This document shows positions 32,802 through 34,357 of a stretch of 34,357 bases of DNA, one piece after another (position 1 is the stretch's first letter; every line of letters begins with the position of its first letter). The position numbers and the translations under genes are program-made. The DNA is from Myxococcales bacterium. GTDB taxonomy: Bacteria; Myxococcota_A; UBA9160; SMWR01. The notes beneath the pieces were generated by a model. That model did no database searches. It was not told the origin of the DNA and saw only the letters and a program-made list of their open reading frames with translations. Location: the NCBI GenBank assembly GCA_029863845.1, contig JAOTUO010000003.1:1-34357 (forward strand), written 5' to 3'.

Positions 32802-34357
32802 GCGCGGTCATCCAGATCTCGAACGTACTGCTCGTTGCAGCACGGCTGGGTCGCATCATCCTCGCGGTCGTTGCGGCGGTCGTGGGGCTCGGCGTCGCGC
32901 CGTCGTCCTCTCTCGGAGAGCTGCCGCCGGAACCTGGCGATGGCCACGTCACCCGTCGCGATGAGCAGACGGCATCCGTGGCGCGTGACGACGTGCGGCG
33001 GCGCGCGCCGATCACCGCGGATGACCGCGTGACCACCGACGAAGGCAGGGTCGTCGACATCGCCGTGCTGGCCAATGACCGCGATCCCGACGGCGGTGTC
33101 CTGAGGGTGGTGGGCGTAACGAAGGCCGTGAACGGCTGGGTGCTGGTCAACGGAGATCACACGCTCCGGTACCAGCCCAACACCGGGTTCACCGGCCTGG
33201 ACGGCTTCGCCTACACGGTTGCTGACGAGCACGGAGGGAAGGCGACTGCGACGGTTCGCGTCGAGGTGAACGACGTCGCCGACGCCCCGGTCGCCGAGAA
33301 TCAGGTCGTCGAGACGGACGAGGACACGCCGCTGGCGATTGCGTTGGTGGCGAGCGACGCGGATGGCGATCGGCTGACGTTCACGATCGAGAGAGCACCG
33401 GAGCACGGCTCGCTGATCGGAATGCCTCCCGACTGGTCCTACGTCCCGGATGCCGAATACAGCGGGCCGGACAGATTCGTGTTCGCGGTGGACGATGGGC
33501 ACGGCGGGAGCGACACCGGCACGGTGTCGATCACGATCGATGCCGTCGATGACGTGCCCGAGGCAGTGGACGACGAGGCGGTGACGCGCGAAGGCATGGT
33601 CGTCGACATCGCCGTGCTGGCCAACGACCGCGACCCCGATGGCGGTGTCCTGAGAGTGGTGGGCGTAACAAAGGCCGTGAACGGCTGGGTGCTGGTCAAC
33701 GGAGATCACACGCTCCGGTACCAGCCCAACACCGGGTTCACCGGCCGGGACGGCTTCGCCTACACGGTGGATGACGGCCACGGCGGGAAGGCGACTGCGA
33801 GCGTCAGCGTCGAGGTGAACGACGTCGCCGACGCCCCGGTCGCCGAGAACCAGGCCGTCGCAACGGATGAGGACACGGCGCTGACGATTGCGTTGGTGGC
33901 GAGCGACGCGGATGGCGATCGGCTGACATTCACGATCGAGAGACCCCCGGCGCACGGCTCGCTGATCGGAGCGCCTCCGGACTTGTCCTACGTCCCGGAG
34001 GCCGACTACAGCGGGCCGGACAGATTCGTCTTCGCGGTGGACGATGGGCACGGCGGGAGCGACACGGGGACGGTGTCGATCGCGATCGATGCCGTCGATG
34101 ACGCGCCCGAGGCGGTGGACGACGAGGCGGTGACGAGAGAAGGCATGGTCGTCGACATCGCCGTGCTGGCGAATGACCGCGATCCCGACGGCGGTGTCCT
34201 GAGGGTGGTGGGCGTCACCCAGGCCGTGAACGGTTGGGTGGTGGTCAACGGCGATCACACGCTTCGATACCAGCCCAACACCGGGTTCACCGGCCTGGAC
34301 GGCTTCGCCTACAGGATTGCTGACGTCGATGGCGGGATGGACACGGCGGCGGTCGGC
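32798..34357 (+). CDS. Secreted/surface protein with tandem bacterial Ig-like (cadherin-like) domains; partial, runs off the window
   Basis: Absent from the ORF track because there is no stop in the window. ATG 32798 overlaps the upstream TGA. Manual translation: MSAVIQISNVLLVAARLGRIILAVVAAVVGLGVAP...APITADDRVTTDEGRVVDIAVLANDRDPDGGVLRVV...YQPNTGFTGLDGFAYTVADEHGG...APVAENQVVETDEDTPLAIALVASDADGDRLTF...YVPDAEYSGPDRFVFAVDDGHGG. Confidence 0.9.
   Translation, partial: MSAVIQISNVLLVAARLGRIILAVVAAVVGLGVAPSSSLGELPPEPGDGHVTRRDEQTASVARDDVRRRAPITADDRVTTDEGRVVDIAVLANDRDPDGGVLRVVGVTKAVNGWVLVNGDHTLRYQPNTGFTGLDGFAYTVADEHGGKATATVRVEVNDVADAPVAENQVVETDEDTPLAIALVASDADGDRLTFTIERAPEHGSLIGMPPDWSYVPDAEYSGPDRFVFAVDDGHGGSDTGTVSITIDAVDDVPEAVDDEAVTREGMVVDIAVLANDRDPDGGVLRVVGVTKAVNGWVLVNGDHTLRYQPNTGFTGRDGFAYTVDDGHGGKATASVSVEVNDVADAPVAENQAVATDEDTALTIALVASDADGDRLTFTIERPPAHGSLIGAPPDLSYVPEADYSGPDRFVFAVDDGHGGSDTGTVSIAIDAVDDAPEAVDDEAVTREGMVVDIAVLANDRDPDGGVLRVVGVTQAVNGWVVVNGDHTLRYQPNTGFTGLDGFAYRIADVDGGMDTAAVG
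33041..34357 (+). repeat. 549-bp intragenic tandem repeat (two Ig-like domains per unit), 2 full copies + 1 partial
   Basis: GAAGGCA.GGTCGTCGACATCGCCGTGCTGGC starts at 33041, 33590 and 34139 (period 549 nt = 183 aa). The copies are near-identical in nucleotide sequence. Confidence 0.95.

Noticed and set aside
32705-34258. 517-aa minus-strand repetitive ORF in the track
   Set aside because: Antisense shadow of the Ig-repeat gene on the plus strand.

Overview
High-GC bacterial DNA; the gene content (PilZ-like protein, FlhG-HTH fusion, CbcL-like cytochromes, sigma54 promoters) suggests Myxococcota or a related former-deltaproteobacterial lineage (inference). About 28 CDSs, and no rRNA, tRNA, CRISPR array or transposase were seen. 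1-16 kb is mixed metabolism: pabB, SDRs, CaiB racemase, FlhG-like ATPase, M50-CBS protease, a minus-strand GMC/SDR/Gfo/glycosidase cluster, PlsC and Pcm. Two regions stand out. (1) 16.3-20.0 kb: a TetR-led, translationally coupled operon of a SAM methyltransferase and a fused HgcAB-like corrinoid/TM/ferredoxin protein (INVWCAAAGG), followed by an ABC1/UbiB kinase and flanked by a His-tailed DMT transporter and fhs. It is a candidate corrinoid methyl-transfer system of unknown substrate. (2) 25.3-34.4 kb: a respiratory cluster behind two sigma54-type promoters. It holds two tandem ~11-heme cytochrome c/cytochrome b fusions (CbcL-like), a 40-aa membrane peptide, a Tat-less HybA-like Fe-S protein, an NrfD/HybB protein fused to a triheme c7 domain, and a coupled Ig-repeat surface protein that runs off the window. 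It is a candidate extracellular electron transfer module. All calls come from motifs read by eye; no database searches were run.
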